Of a stretch of 64,000 bases of DNA, positions 11,609-28,500 are shown in pieces. This DNA is from the human T2T-CHM13v2.0 reference genome, Homo sapiens: NCBI RefSeq assembly GCF_009914755.1, contig NC_060947.1; one strand, written 5' to 3'. Under the pieces are notes generated by a model that worked only from the letters and a program-made list of their open reading frames with translations, had not been told where the DNA came from and did not search any database. How positions within the stretch are numbered: the stretch's first letter is position 1; the number at the start of each line of letters is the position of its first letter. The translations under genes were made by a program, and so were the position numbers.

Positions 11609-13984
11609 CATATCAGAAATGCAGGGATGGTTTAACATACGCAAGTCAATAATGTGATAAACCACATAAACAGAATTAAAAATAAAAATCACATGATCAT
11701 CTCAATAGATGCAGAAAAAGCATTTGACAAAGTCCAGCATCTCTGTATGATTAAAACACTCAGCAAAATCAGCATGCAAGGGACATACCTCAATGTAATA
11801 AAAGCGATCTATGGCAAACCCAAAGCCAACATAATACTGAATGGGAAAAAGTTGACAGCATTCTCTCTGAGAACTGGAACAAGACAAGGATGCCCACTCT
11901 CACTACTCCTCTTCAACATAGTACTTGAAGTTCTAACCACAGCAGTCAGACAAGAGAAAGAAAGAAAGGGCATCCCAATCAGTGAAGAGGAAGTCAAACT
12001 GTCACTGTTTGCTGATGATATGATCGTGTACCTAGAAAACACTAAAAACTCCTCCAAAAAGCTCCCAGAACTGATAAATAAATTCAGCAAAGCTACTGGA
12101 TACAAAAAATAATTTACACAAATCAGTAGTTCTGCTATACACCAGCAGCGATCAAGCTGAGAATCAAATCAAGAATTCTACCTCTTTTACGATAGCTGCA
12201 AAAAATAAATAAATAAAATACTTAGGAATGTACCTAACCAAAGAGGTGAAAGAGCTCTACAAGGAAAACTACAAAACACTGCTGAGGGAAATCATATATG
12301 ACACAAACAGATGGAAATACATCCCATGATCATGGATGGGTAGAATCAATATTTTGAAAATGACCATTCTGTCAAAAGTAATCTGCAAATTCAGTGCAAT
12401 TCCCATCAAAACACCGTCATTCTTCACAGAACTAGAAAAAACAATCGTAAAATTCATATGGAAACAAAAAAAGAGGCCAGAAAGCCAAAGCAAGATCGAG
12501 CAAAAAAAAACAAATGTGGAGGCATCACATTATCTGGCTTCAAACTATACCAGAAGGCCATAGTCACCAAAGCGGCATGGTACTGGTATAAAAATAGGCA
12601 CACAGACCAATGGAACAGAATAGAGAACCCAGAAATAAACCCAAATCCTTACAGCTGACTGATCTTTGACAAAGCAAACAAAAACATGAAGTGGGAAAAG
12701 GACACCCTATTCAACAAATGATGCTGGGATAATTGGCAAGCCACATGTAGGAGAATAAAACTGGATGTTCATCTCTCACCTTACACAAAAATCAAGGTGG
12801 ATCAAAGACTGAAATCTAAGATCAGAAACTCTGAAAATTCTAGAATATAACATTGATAAAACCCTTCTAGACATTGGCTTAGCCAATGATTTCATAACCA
12901 AGAACCCAAAAGGTAATGCCACAATAACAAAGATAAATAGGTGGGACTTCATTAAACTAAAGAGATACTGCACAGAAAAAGAAACAGTCAGCAGAGTAAA
13001 CGGAGAACCCAGAGAGTGAGAGAATAGCTTCACAATCTCTACATCCGACAAGAGACTAATATCCAGAATCTACAGGAACTCAAACAAATTAGCAAGAAAA
13101 GAACAAGCAATCCCATCAAAAAGTGGGCTAGGGACATGAATAGGTAATTCTCAAAAGAAGACATACAAATGGCCAACAAACATATGAAAAAATGCTCGAC
13201 ATCACTAATGATCAGGTAAATGCAAATCAGAACCACAATGCAATACCACCCTACTCCTGCAAGAATGGCCATAATCAAAAAATTAAAAAATAATAGATGC
13301 TGACGTGGATGGATGTGGTGAAAAGGGAACACTTCTACACTGCGCTGCTGTTGGGAATGTAAACTAGTACAACCACGATGGAAAGCAGTGTGGAGATTCC
13401 TTAAAGAACTAAACATAAAACTACCATTTGATCCAGCAATCCCTCTACTGGGTATCTACCCAAAGGAAAATAAGTCATTATACAAAAAAGATACTTGCAC
13501 ACCCATGTTTATAGCAGCACAATTCGCAACTGCAAAAATATGGAACCAGCCCAAATGCCCATCCATCGACGAGTGGATAAAGAAATTATGGCATATATAT
13601 ATATATATATATATATAAAATCAAGTACTACTCAGCCATAAACATTAATGAATTAATGGCATTCACAGCAACCTGGATGAAACTGGAAACTATTATTCTA
13701 AGTGAAGTAACTCAGGAATGGAAAACAAAACATCGTATGTTCTCACTCATATGTGGGAGCTAAGCTATGAGGATGAAAAGGCATAAGAATGATACAACGG
13801 ACTTCGGGGACTTGAGGGAAAGGGTGGGCGGGGGGTGCGGGATAAAAGACTACAAATTGGGTTCAGAGTATACTGTTCGGATGATGGGTGCACCAAAATC
13901 TCACAAATCACCACTAAAGAACTTATTCATGTAACCAAATATCACCTGTTCCCCAAAAACCTATAAGAAAAAAAGGTTTTTAAA
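11609..13984 (+). mobile_element. L1PB1-like copy 2, non-inverted 3' arm to poly-A
   Basis: RT ORF 11654-12112 (LFADD) and L1PB 3' end. Degenerate TSD aaatattatatatattccaa (10631-10650) / aaagattatgtatttcccaa (13985-14004), 16/20. Confidence 0.9.
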
Positions 13985-14460
13985 AAAGATTATGTATTTC
14001 CCAAAATTATAGGTAGAATGAGTGATTGGAGAAAGAAAATTTTGGTTATAGAGTATTGCAAGTACAGGGGCAATAAAGGGACTCAGCTCTTCCTACTCCA
14101 TGAGCTGTATTATGATCCAGAGAAATGCAAGCAGTTGGTAATAGTCTCAGGAAAAGTAGGAGAGCAGATCAAAGGTAAAGGTTAGTACAGAATTCTTTCC
14201 GTGGCAGGTCATATCGGAACTTTTCTTTTTTTTGTTTGTTAGTTTGTTTTTTATTTTATTATTATTATACTTTAAGTTTTAGGGTACATGTGCACAATGT
14301 GCAGGTTATGTATACATGTGCCATGCTGGTGTGCTGCAACCATTAACTTATCATTTAGCATTAGATATATCTCCTAATGCTATCCTTTCCCCCTCCCCCC
14401 ACCCCACAACAGTCCCCAGAGTGTGATGTTCCCCTTCCTGGGTCCATGTGTTTTCATTGT

Positions 14461-18284
<3,824 letters not shown>

Positions 18285-18347
18285 TATGATGTTAGCTGGT
18301 GATTTTGCTCGTTAGTTGATGCAGTTTCTTCCTAGCCTCGATGATCT

Positions 18348-18995
18348 TTACAATTTGGCATGATTTTGCAGTGGCTGGTACTGGTTGTTCCTTTCCATGT
18401 TTAGTGCTTCCTTCAGGAGCTCTTGTAGGGCAGGCCTGGTGGTGAAAAAATCTCTCAGCATTTGCTTGTCTGTAAATTATTTTATTTCTCCTTCACTTAT
18501 GAAGCTTAGTTTGGCTGGATATGAAATTCTGGGTTGAAAATTCTTTTCTTTAAGAATGTTGAATATTGGCCCCCACTCTTTTCTGGCTTGTAGAGTTTCT
18601 GACGAGAGATCCGCTGTTAGTCTGATGGGCTTCCCTTTGTGGGTAACCTGACCTTTCTCTCTGGCTGCCCTTAACATTTTGTCCTTCATTTCAACTTTGG
18701 TGAATCTGACAATTATGTGTCTTGGAGTTGCTCTTCTTGAGGAGTATCTTTGTGGCGTTCTCTGTATTTCCTGAATCTGAATTTTGGCCTGCCTTGCTAG
18801 ACTGGGGAAGTTCTCCTGGATAACATCCTGCAGAGTGTTTTCCAACTTGGTTCCATTCTCCCCGTCACTTTCAGGTACACCAATCAGATGTAGATTTGGT
18901 CTTTTCACATCGTCCCATATTTCTTGGAGGCTTTGTTCATTTATTTTTATTCTTTTTTCTCTAAACTTCCCTTCTTGCTTCATTTCATTCATTTC
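18348..18995 (-). pseudogene. Truncated L1 ORF1p (end of coiled coil, RRM, CTD) with premature stop
   Basis: ORF 18477-18992 has QSLQEIWD..KRPNL, RHIIVRFTK, REKG and YPAKLSF; stop after EGEIK. Confidence 0.92.
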
Positions 18996-19925
18996 ATCAG
19001 TGATGGAAGATATCAGAACTTTTCAAACTCAAAGACCAAAAAAAAAAATCTGTGTCTCAAATGTTTGAAGTCAAATGTATTCTTATGTACTTATTTACTT
19101 GCAACATTCTCTGCTGATTATAGTTTTTCCTTCTTAATTCTGAGTCTTTTTCCCCAATGTCTGTTATTGATCACTATCTGATATTAAATTGATACTCTAC
19201 CAGCCTAAATAGATGAATATTTCAGTGAACTATTTGGGGAAAATCCAAAGATATGTGATGAAAAGTTAGGTTACAATTTCATATATAGACCAGAGAGAGA
19301 ATAAAGCCAAGTACGCCTGCTGGATTCTAGACAACAGTTTATGTTTTTGAATTAAATGTGACAGCTTACATATAGGATGACATCACAGATAATTCCAAAC
19401 CCAAATACATGAAAAAAAAGTTAAAAAAGAGACCTGCATTTATTTCCCCCCTGTAAAAAGTGAGTGTCAAAAAAACATAATTAGTTATGAGAATATGTGA
19501 AATTAATAGGACCATTAATTTTACATCTGGACATCTAAGATAACATTATTTTGCACTTAGATTTATGTCAACTGCAAGATGAAGAAAAATATATGTTTCT
19601 ATCACATAAGTGTTATAAGAAACAATAAATATGTGCAAAATTTATATAAAAACCTAAGTGCTATAAACAAAAATATTATTGGTGACAAAAGTTTATTCAC
19701 TAAAAATATTCATAGGTTACTTATGTCAGAGATTGCTTTTAACAAATATAATGGGAGGGGGAAGAGTTGTTTCTCTACCCTATAAACTTTCCATTGTTTT
19801 TTATATTTTAAAAAATGTAAATAATTTTAAACTGATAGATAAGTAACACGAATGGTAAAGAAAACTCGGACATATATGCAACCCGAATTTCCAAACATTT
19901 AAATTTTGTTTCAGTTGCATTTGTT

Positions 19926-19948
19926 GTCTCTGTCTCTCTCTCTCTCTA

Positions 19949-19998
<50 letters not shown>
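19926..19998. repeat. (TC)n(TG)n microsatellite
   Basis: Read directly. Confidence 0.97.
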
Positions 19999-20001
<3 letters not shown>

Positions 20002-20009
20002 ATATGGAG

Positions 20010-20202
20010 GAATCATCAGTGGATTCAAAATTAATAGGGAGGATTGATGAAGAGCAGGGTAATGGTATGGTCTCAAAGTGTCTTGCACATAGAGGGATTA
20101 TTAATTGCAAAGTAAAAGCTAGTAACTACACAATGGAGAAACCTGAGAATGGAGAAACTACAATGTAGTAACTATAGAAAAGAGAAATCTTGCAACTAGT
20201 TT

Positions 20203-20233
<31 letters not shown>

Positions 20234-20691
20234 GCATATATAATATATAGTAATTTATATATATATATTTAATATACAACATATAATGTATATTATAGGA
20301 ATATATGATATATACTATATATTTACTATATATGTAGAGAGAAGGAACCTTCAACATTACATAATATAACATATGATTAGTTGCAATTATTATAATATAT
20401 TTTTAGTTGCAATTATTATATATTATTAGTTTCAATTATTATAATTACTTTATTATTAGTTGCAATTATATTACACATTAATTAGTTGTCATGTATTATT
20501 AGCTGCAAGATTTCTTCATTGTATAGTTACTATGTTGTATAGTTTCTCCATTCTCAGGTTTTTCTATTGTGCAGTTACCAGCTTTTACCTTGCAATCAAT
20601 AATCCCTCTATGTGCAAGATCCTTTGAGGCCATACCATTACCCTGCTCCTAATCAATTCTCCTCACTCAGTTTTGAATCCATTGATGATTC
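20010..20691. repeat. Inverted repeat with ~190-bp arms (20010-20198 / 20500-20691) and a ~300-bp AT-rich loop
   Basis: The reverse complement of the right arm aligns end to end with the left arm, roughly 85% by eye. Confidence 0.92.
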
Positions 20692-21200
20692 TTGCATCTT
20701 TATGATGATGATCATGCAATGGTTATCCCCACCTTCAATTCCACCACTTCTTTCATGTTTATGACAGCATTATACTGTAGGGAAGCATCTTCTCATCCCT
20801 CTTAATTTATGCATTTATTAATCATTTATATTTTTATGATCAGCATAAACTCATGGATTCCACTTTTTAAAAATCAATGGGTTATAATACATTGCTCTTA
20901 TTTTTTATTTTGATGCTACAATTGTCTAAGATTTGACCAGTGGGGACCCCTTCAAGCCGTATTTTGGATATGCTTCATGCCACCTTTTGAATACTTTCTT
21001 ACTTTTTGGCAAAAGATGTTTCAGGCTCATTTTGTGCTTTACCTATGCTAATGCTGGCATTAGACATTTATCTAAGAAGCTGTGCTTCTGTAGTGTGGAT
21101 TGATATTTAGAAACCATAATCTGAGAGCTAAGTGGGATATATTTACTTGCAGGACCTTTCCTCTGTCAAAGCTGGAAAATCATGAGTTTATACTAATATC
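20500..21200 (-). mobile_element. Old L1MC-like 3' UTR; further fragments probably extend to ~22830
   Basis: atccattgatgattcttg, tttgatgct..aattgtc.aagatttgaccagtggggaccccttcaag and tatttagaaacca.aatctga motifs. Confidence 0.65.
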
Positions 21201-22102
21201 TCCAATTCCAGTTTACCCCCGTATAGTTTGCACTACTCTGTTCCATAGTCATATTCCCCATCTTCCATAAGAACTCAAGCTCTTCCTCCAAAAGAAAGCA
21301 CATATTTACATATTTTCTTGATCCTGCAGTATATAAAAACTTGTCAGTATATCCATCATCTATCTATGTCTATATGTGTTTCTATGTATCATCAATCAAA
21401 AAGAGTTCAAGAGTTACAGTTCCATTTGCAATCCTTTTTTATATAGTCAACGTACTGTTTTTAAATGTTGCATGGATTAGTTCCCTTTTTCCTTCCTTAA
21501 GTTTGATTATGTAATCTATGTGAAATACATTTGGGTACATTTGTTTCTATCTGCATGTAGTTTTAGAGAGTTTTTTCCCATTCTGGTTTACTTCATTTTA
21601 TTCCCTGTATATGTAGAGCATCACAACAATTGTTACTTACCTTCCCAACCCTTCCATGCTGTCCACCCCAACACACACATGATTTGTAGGTAACCAATTT
21701 CATAGTTTCTGATTTATCCACGTATGTTATATTTTGCAGATAAGTGCATGATTTCAATTTCTCTTATAGGCAAGTACCTCTGTGTATTATATATAAAGAG
21801 AGAGACATTTAACCTACCCTGTGATGAGTTTTCTGTAAGCTACAGTAATCATGACAATCGAAGTGACATAATTGTTAGATTTATATACGGTGTAAGTATT
21901 AGATGAGGTTAAAATACTGTTTAAACATAACTATTTGTATGCATGATAATGTCATAATACAAAAGGAGGAGTGGGATAATTCAGATGTAGGCAACATTTG
22001 GCCTTCCTTACTTAGACTTTTTTTCTATTCCAATCTGAAGATAAACTAAAAGCATTACCATGAATGATAAGGTATTTCCATGATTATATTAGATTTACTA
22101 GG

Positions 22103-22245
22103 CTGTAATCCCAGCTACTCGGGAGGCTCAGGCAGGAGAATCGCTTGAACCCAGAGAACCCAGGAGCAGAGTTCGTGCCACTTCACTCCAGCTTGGGCGA
22201 CAAAGCAAGACTCTGTCTCAATAAATAATTAATTAATTAATTAAT
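22103..22245 (+). mobile_element. 5'-truncated Alu right arm with internal deletion and (TAAT)n tail
   Basis: ctgtaatcccagctactcgggaggctcaggcaggagaatcgcttgaaccc...gactctgtctca. Confidence 0.88.
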
Positions 22246-22844
22246 AAAACTAGGTACACTATTATTACAACAAAATTATATACTGTATTTTATTGCAGCC
22301 ATATAGATAACCCTCTGGAAAGTACAGTAAATACATAAAATTAAAACTACTGGATTTTAATACCAAAGGAATCTCAAATTTTCAATGGTTCTTAATACTC
22401 CTGAAGTTACAACTTTAAAAATCTCTTTAAAGTTATAGAGTCTCACCAAGAAAAAAATGTACATATACCATACCAAAATATGCTTCTAATTTTGAGGTTT
22501 CACAAACACTCCAGAGTAAGAAGTACAGGTGTCCTTGATCACTACTGCTAACTGTTGTGGGTTTCTTCAGAACTTATTTTAAGTCTTGCTGGATATGTAT
22601 TTCATTCTACAAGATGTAACACATGACTATCATTGGTTACTTTGTTACTTAAGCTGTTCAAACATTGGCCATTTGAAGATCCTTCAAGTTGGACCCTATG
22701 TCATTTGAATAAGTTCCCATATATATTTTTTAACATTTTCTTAATTTCTTACACAGCAATATGTCCCAGGCTTGTTGTGTACTTTCCATGACCTAATCCT
22801 GGAATCGACTATTTCTCCAAGTAATATTGCTTCCTTGTAGTGAA

Positions 22845-23070
22845 GAAGAGGAGAGAGGGGAGGATGAAAAGAAGTGGGTTAAAGGGTACAAACATACAGT
22901 AAGACAGAAGGAATAAATTCAAAGTTTAATAGCAGGATAGGGTTAATATACTTAAAATTGTATCATACTTGGATTGTGGACACCCTAAATACCCTGACTT
23001 GATCATTGTGCATCTTATACATGTAACAAAATTTCATAGGTAACCTTAAGTTTGTACAAATGAAAAATAA
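22845..23070 (+). mobile_element. L1MA-type 3' terminal fragment
   Basis: gggtacaaacatacagtaagacagaaggaataa...accctgacttgatcatt...catgtaacaaaatttca followed by an A-rich end. Confidence 0.75.
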
Positions 23071-24099
23071 ACCATCCATTACTACTATTAGCAAAGAAGA
23101 GCCCACACCTTCTTCTGACAACTGGTATTTAAGGAAAATTGACAAAATGACCACTTTAATAATAATTCATTATACTCTTCAATTTTCCCAACACTTTCTT
23201 TTCATTAGATCAAAAAATATAATATTGTAGAGTCCAATCACTTTGAACTAATTTTGATAATCACATTGTTTCTTCTTACAAAACTCTATAAGCATGTAAG
23301 TTTCTAATCAGCAAAGAATACATGCACTGTTCAAAAGTTATTTTTTCCTACAAAGGGGATTGTCTGTTTCATCTAAAATAGACTTACTATTGTGTGTGCA
23401 ATATATAGTTTAAGGATTTTGAAGGAGATATAATAAATCGTAGCATGTTTCATTACTTACTTTGTCACCTACAGAATTCTCTACATTTTTTTCTTTATGA
23501 GAACTAATCCCCAACCCCCTTCACAGCTCTTTTTACAACGGATGTAGAGTTCTGCATTACCACAACAAAAGAAAACCATGTAGAAAAAAAAAGGAAGAAC
23601 AGAAAAGAAAATGTTTACAGAGGGAAAAAGTTTCCTTTCCTTCTTTGTGGTTTTCTGTGTAAAATCTTAGTTTGGCAATCTTGATATCATCCATTAATTT
23701 ATTGATGAATAAAATGTGTCACTCATAAACACTTCCAGAAGTGTCTTAATAGTTGTCAGAAAAGTATTTGCCAGCTATTCAAATAAAGACAGATTACTTG
23801 GATAGCAAAGACAATCTGGTATTCAATACCAGCATCTGGCCACTTACTAATGTCTTTATCTCCCTGAAATCTCAAGAAGATTAAAGTTTTTCTGAAGTCT
23901 CAGGTGTTCATTTTTGTAAGCTTGCCCAGATTCCAAGCCTTCATTTTCCCAGCCCAGGGTACTATGAAAAAGAGTGTCTGCTATGTTCATCAGAGCTCAC
24001 TGGACATGCTCACAAATACATGGCGTTTCAACTGAGCATAAACTTCCAATTTTATGTTAAATTTAAGCAATCTCCCTTTTCATAAAAGAAAAAAAAGTT

Positions 24100-24100
<1 letters not shown>

Positions 24101-24134
<34 letters not shown>

Positions 24135-24412
24135 AGACAGAGTCTCGCTTTGTTGCCAAGCTGGAGTGCAGTGGTGCATCTGGGCTCACTGTAGCCTCCG
24201 CCTCCCAGGTTCAAGCCATTCTCCTCCCTCAGCCTCCCGAGTAGCTGGGACTACAGGTGCACGCCACCACACCCAGCTAATTTTTGTGTTTTTAATGGAG
24301 ACGGGGCTTCACCATGTTTGACAGGATGGTCTCGATCTCTTGACTTCGTGATCCACCTGCCTCGGCCTCCGAAAGTGCTGGGATTACAGGCGTGAGCCAC
24401 CGCTCCTGGCCA
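24101..24412 (-). mobile_element. Full-length Alu, AluSc-like
   Basis: Poly-T, both arms, aggatggtctcgatctcttgacttcgtgatcc diagnostic region. Confidence 0.95.
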
Positions 24413-25691
24413 AGAAAACATATATTATTTTTATAACACTAAAATATGTGGCCTACACACAGGCTTTAAAAGAATTTCTCTAATGCTCTAATTAATGGGT
24501 TTATTTTTCATGCAGGATGTGTGTAAGGAAACCACCATGTTTCTCCTTCATCCAGCTCCATACTGCACTGTTTGGGATCCGGTGTGATCCTATCTAAAAT
24601 TAACACTTTCCTTTTGAAAATGTATTGGGTTTCTTAATGCAATTTCTCTCTCTTCAAAGTATAACATGGGGTGATTTCCTGGTCAATACATTTAGGAATG
24701 GTGGAGAAGGAGAGGAAGGAGTGAGCTATGGTCTTTGCTTACTTTGAAACTTGATTTTTAATGTTTACTTTCTCTTATTTTTGTCTTTATGACACTGGAT
24801 CACTGCTTCTACTAGTGTGTCTCCTTCTTTCACAAACAGACAATTGCCTTAATATAAACAAACCTCTCTAGTGGCTGACAAAATCTTCCAAAACTGTTCA
24901 TATATTTTAACTGTGATGCAGATTATAAGTGTCAACACTACATAAACAAAGAGAACAAGAACATAGACACCAATTTATCTTTATAGTGGGGATGCATACT
25001 TGCTATAGCATTATATTGTTTAGACTTTAACAAATTCCACTATAATTATAGGTTAATAACTATCAGGTGTTTTGTAGAGTTAATACATACATTTATCCAT
25101 TTCTTAATGTGGAAGATAAAAAGTAGTTGAGATTGTGTTGGTTGACCAATTATACATGCCTTACTAAATAATATATGAGAACTTTGCACTAGATTTGGAA
25201 GGATGGAAGACATCCAATTAACTGTCCCTTTTCCCTCAAGCTGCAAGGGTCTGATCATAAGAATAATTGGGAACCTCCAGTAGTGTGGTACAAATGCCTG
25301 AGGCTGTAGTGCCAACCACGAGAAACCCCTCCTTTAGAAGTGCCTGGAGAGGGTGAAAAGCAAGTGTGAGAATGTGAATCCAGACTGTGAAAGACCTTTT
25401 ACTGTCAATTCCCGCTCTGTTTTGCCAAAGGGAAGGGACAGGCACTAAAAAAATCTTCAACTTGCAAAGGATACAGAAAATGCTCAGACCTTGTTAAAAA
25501 CAAGAAGCCACATTAGTGGTTCTTCATGAAATATCTGAGTCCTAAGTCATTCTATATACATTAAAAGCACCTTCTTAGCATTACAGAACATACTGCTGTC
25601 ACTTCTGGAGGCATTGAAAAGTTTTCTCGGGGAAGGCATTGCTATGTTCCACTATTTTTCAGTAACATTCCTTATTGGGTTCTTCTTTTCC

Positions 25692-25770
25692 ATCCGTCCC
25701 TCCGTCCCTTCCGTCCGTCCGTCCGTCCTTCCTTCCTTCCTTCCTTCCTTCCTTCCGTCAGTCCTTCCCT
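25692..25770. repeat. (CCGT)n/(CCTT)n tetranucleotide repeat
   Basis: Read directly. Confidence 0.93.
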
Positions 25771-26296
25771 TTCTATCTTTTGTCTCTTTTCTCCCTAGGT
25801 TAATACCTGTTTAAAAAGCCATGAAGCTAATAATGAAGGAAATCAAAAATAATAGCAGATACATAAGTGCATGCTTGCAATAATAAATTACATGAGTACT
25901 AAAGAATTAGAGCAGCAAGAAATTTTACAGTTTAGGATTGTGGAAGAGGGTAATTGTCTCATTTTTCTAAGAGCTGAAACCTTGAAAGAGAATACAAAAT
26001 CAACTACTACTGGTTCTGTTACTCCAGGATTTTCACTAATAATATGGCTCTCTGCCCTTTCTTCCTACAGCATCTGATTTACGCCTCTTGTTTTATTTTG
26101 TAGTTCAATATTTTTCTTTCCTCAGTGGAATGTTGGTGGTGGTGGTGTTTATTAAGGGTGCAGTGTTATTTAACCATTTTGATCCTTTCCATTTTATAAG
26201 AATCACTGAAAGGAACGTCTTTGAAAGCCCTAGGGGGGTGGAAGTTGATACAAATACCTGAAGCCAATTTCTTACAAGCAAAGCAGCCTACACTGG

Positions 26297-26325
26297 AAAA
26301 TAAATAAATAAATAAATAAATAAAA
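26297..26325. repeat. (AAAT)n repeat
   Basis: Read directly. Confidence 0.93.
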
Positions 26326-27249
26326 ACCTTTATTCCAAAAAGTTATTTTTTCTTTACCATTAATCTCTATTTACCACACCAGATACATCTTTTAAATATG
26401 TGTGTATGTCAGGGGAGGAGAGAGATCAAGGTACATAGATTCAAAATAAATACGTAAATAATATGTGAAGGAGAAATCTATCAACTGAGATAGTCAAACT
26501 AGGAGATAGGCAGGTCTCCATAGTTCCAAGGTACATTTATTCTTCACAAAACCTATAAACAGAGGAGAACGATGTTGACTATGGATACTATAATGCTATC
26601 ATTGAAAATCACAAAAGTCAAGAAGTACACAGAGACACAGAATGTGATTGTTGTAGACTTCATAATTTCAATGTTTTCTTGTTCTCTTTTCTAGAACTAA
26701 ACATTCTCATATTTAACCAAATCTCTGACCTGAACTAAAATATCAATATAAATAGTAATCTTCAGAATAGCATTAAATGAAAATGGTTTCACACCCTTCC
26801 ATTGACAGGTCTCAGAACCTGAGACAGTATAAAAGAATCACTATTTTTTAATCATATAAATGTCCAAATAAAATTATAAAAGGGAACTCAGATCTTTCAA
26901 TTTTGTGAACAGCATTCTTCCTTGTATCTTTTCTGTTAAGGATGGGGTTTTTTTCCTATGGTACATTTTTCAATGCATTATCTAATTTTAAATGTCTCTA
27001 GAACTGAGACATCCACTTTTTCACAATCAGAAATATGAAATCTTTATTTAAAATCGTATCCATCCTAAAATCCCCCTTGTTTGCCTTTGAGTCTTAGTTA
27101 TATTTTGAAGACTTCCTAACTGCTTTTACTTTTCTCTTGCTTATTTTTCTGTATCTTTCATAGATGTGATGGAAATACTATATTCCAATGTTTTATGCTT
27201 AATATCAATAGTAATGCTGCAGAGCTGTGTGTTATCAGAAGTGGGAATA

Positions 27250-28500
27250 TGCTGTAGAGGTGAAAAAAAAGTTCAGGTTCCAGAATCAGTCTACCTGGCT
27301 TTGAGTCCCAACTTTGCCACTTGCATTTCTGTATCTCAATTTGTTTATCTGTAACAATCATAGCATATATAAAGTCCATAGAAAAATATTTAACACATAC
27401 ATGCTCACTTAATATCCACTTTTTTATTATGATCTTAAGAGTATGCAACAAATATCGATTTCTCAAAGGAAATTGGTTATATATATGATATACATATAAT
27501 TGACTTTAAATAAAATTTTAATAATCTATAAATCGTTTACATAACTGGAATTGTTTACGACTACTTCTCATTAAACAGAAAATTACCCCAATCACTTCAA
27601 GCTACGATTGAGGCATTATGATAAAATGAGAAGGCAGTATGGTAAAAGGAAAAGAGCAGGCTTTTGATTTAGAAAACCTGTATTGAAATTACAGCTCTAA
27701 CATTTACTTGTTGCATGATCATAGACAAGTTTCTTACCTTCTCTGAGCCTTTATTTGTAAAATAAGGATAAAATAGTACTAACCTCATAAATTTGTTGTG
27801 AGCATTAATTAGCACATTGGAAATACTTATTGAATGCCAGACATTCACATATTATATACTCAAAATTGTTAAGAGATCTTCAGTCAGACTTTCTGGGCTT
27901 ACATCTGTGATGGTTAATTTTGTGTCAACTTGAAGGTGTGTGTTTCTGGGTGATATTAACATTTAAATTGGTGAACTTTGAATAAGCAGATTGCCCTCCA
28001 TAATGTGGATGGGCTTTATCCTGGATAGAACAGAAAAGAAGAACCTCCCTAAACAATAGGGTATTCTCCAAAAGACTGCCTTTAAACTTTATCTGCACAT
28101 TAGCTCTTCTGGGTCTCCAGGAAGCCTGGCTTTGGACTGGATTTGCACCACTTGGATCTCCTGGGTCTCAAACCTACACTGCAAATTTGGACTTGCTAGC
28201 CTTCATAATCATGTGAACCAACTCCATATAATAAATATTTGTCTATAAATATATGCTTCCTATTGGTTTTATTTCTCTGGAGCATCCTGACTACACAGTA
28301 TCACAGCTCTGCAACTTAGTTCTTAGGTGACCTTGTACAAGTTTCTTAACCACTCTGAGACTCTTTTCTTCATCTACCCATTAGAAATAGCAATGCCTAC
28401 CCTCTTTTGATTATTGGGAGAATTAAATGAGTTAAAGTCTATAAAGTGCCTAGCAGACTATTTGGCACCCACCTAGGAAGCTCTCAGAAATGAGCTTCAT
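27250..28500 (+). mobile_element. Cluster of three MIR SINE remnants (~27250-27420, ~27630-27870, ~27880-28500); the last is split by an MLT2 LTR
   Basis: MIR core motifs such as gacaagtttcttaccttctctgagcct and gtgaccttgtacaagtttcttaaccactctgagactc. Confidence 0.75.
27906..28297 (+). mobile_element. MLT2 (ERVL) solo LTR, older subfamily (MLT2B/D-like)
   Basis: tgtgatggttaattttgtgtcaacttga...aagcagattgccctccataatgtgg...tctctggagcatcctgactacaca. Confidence 0.85.

Noticed and set aside
27125-27360. Strong polypyrimidine acceptor at 27163 followed by a 62-aa ORF
   Set aside because: It runs into a MIR, has no convincing donor and the peptide is unrecognised. Such pseudo-acceptors are frequent in this AT-rich DNA.
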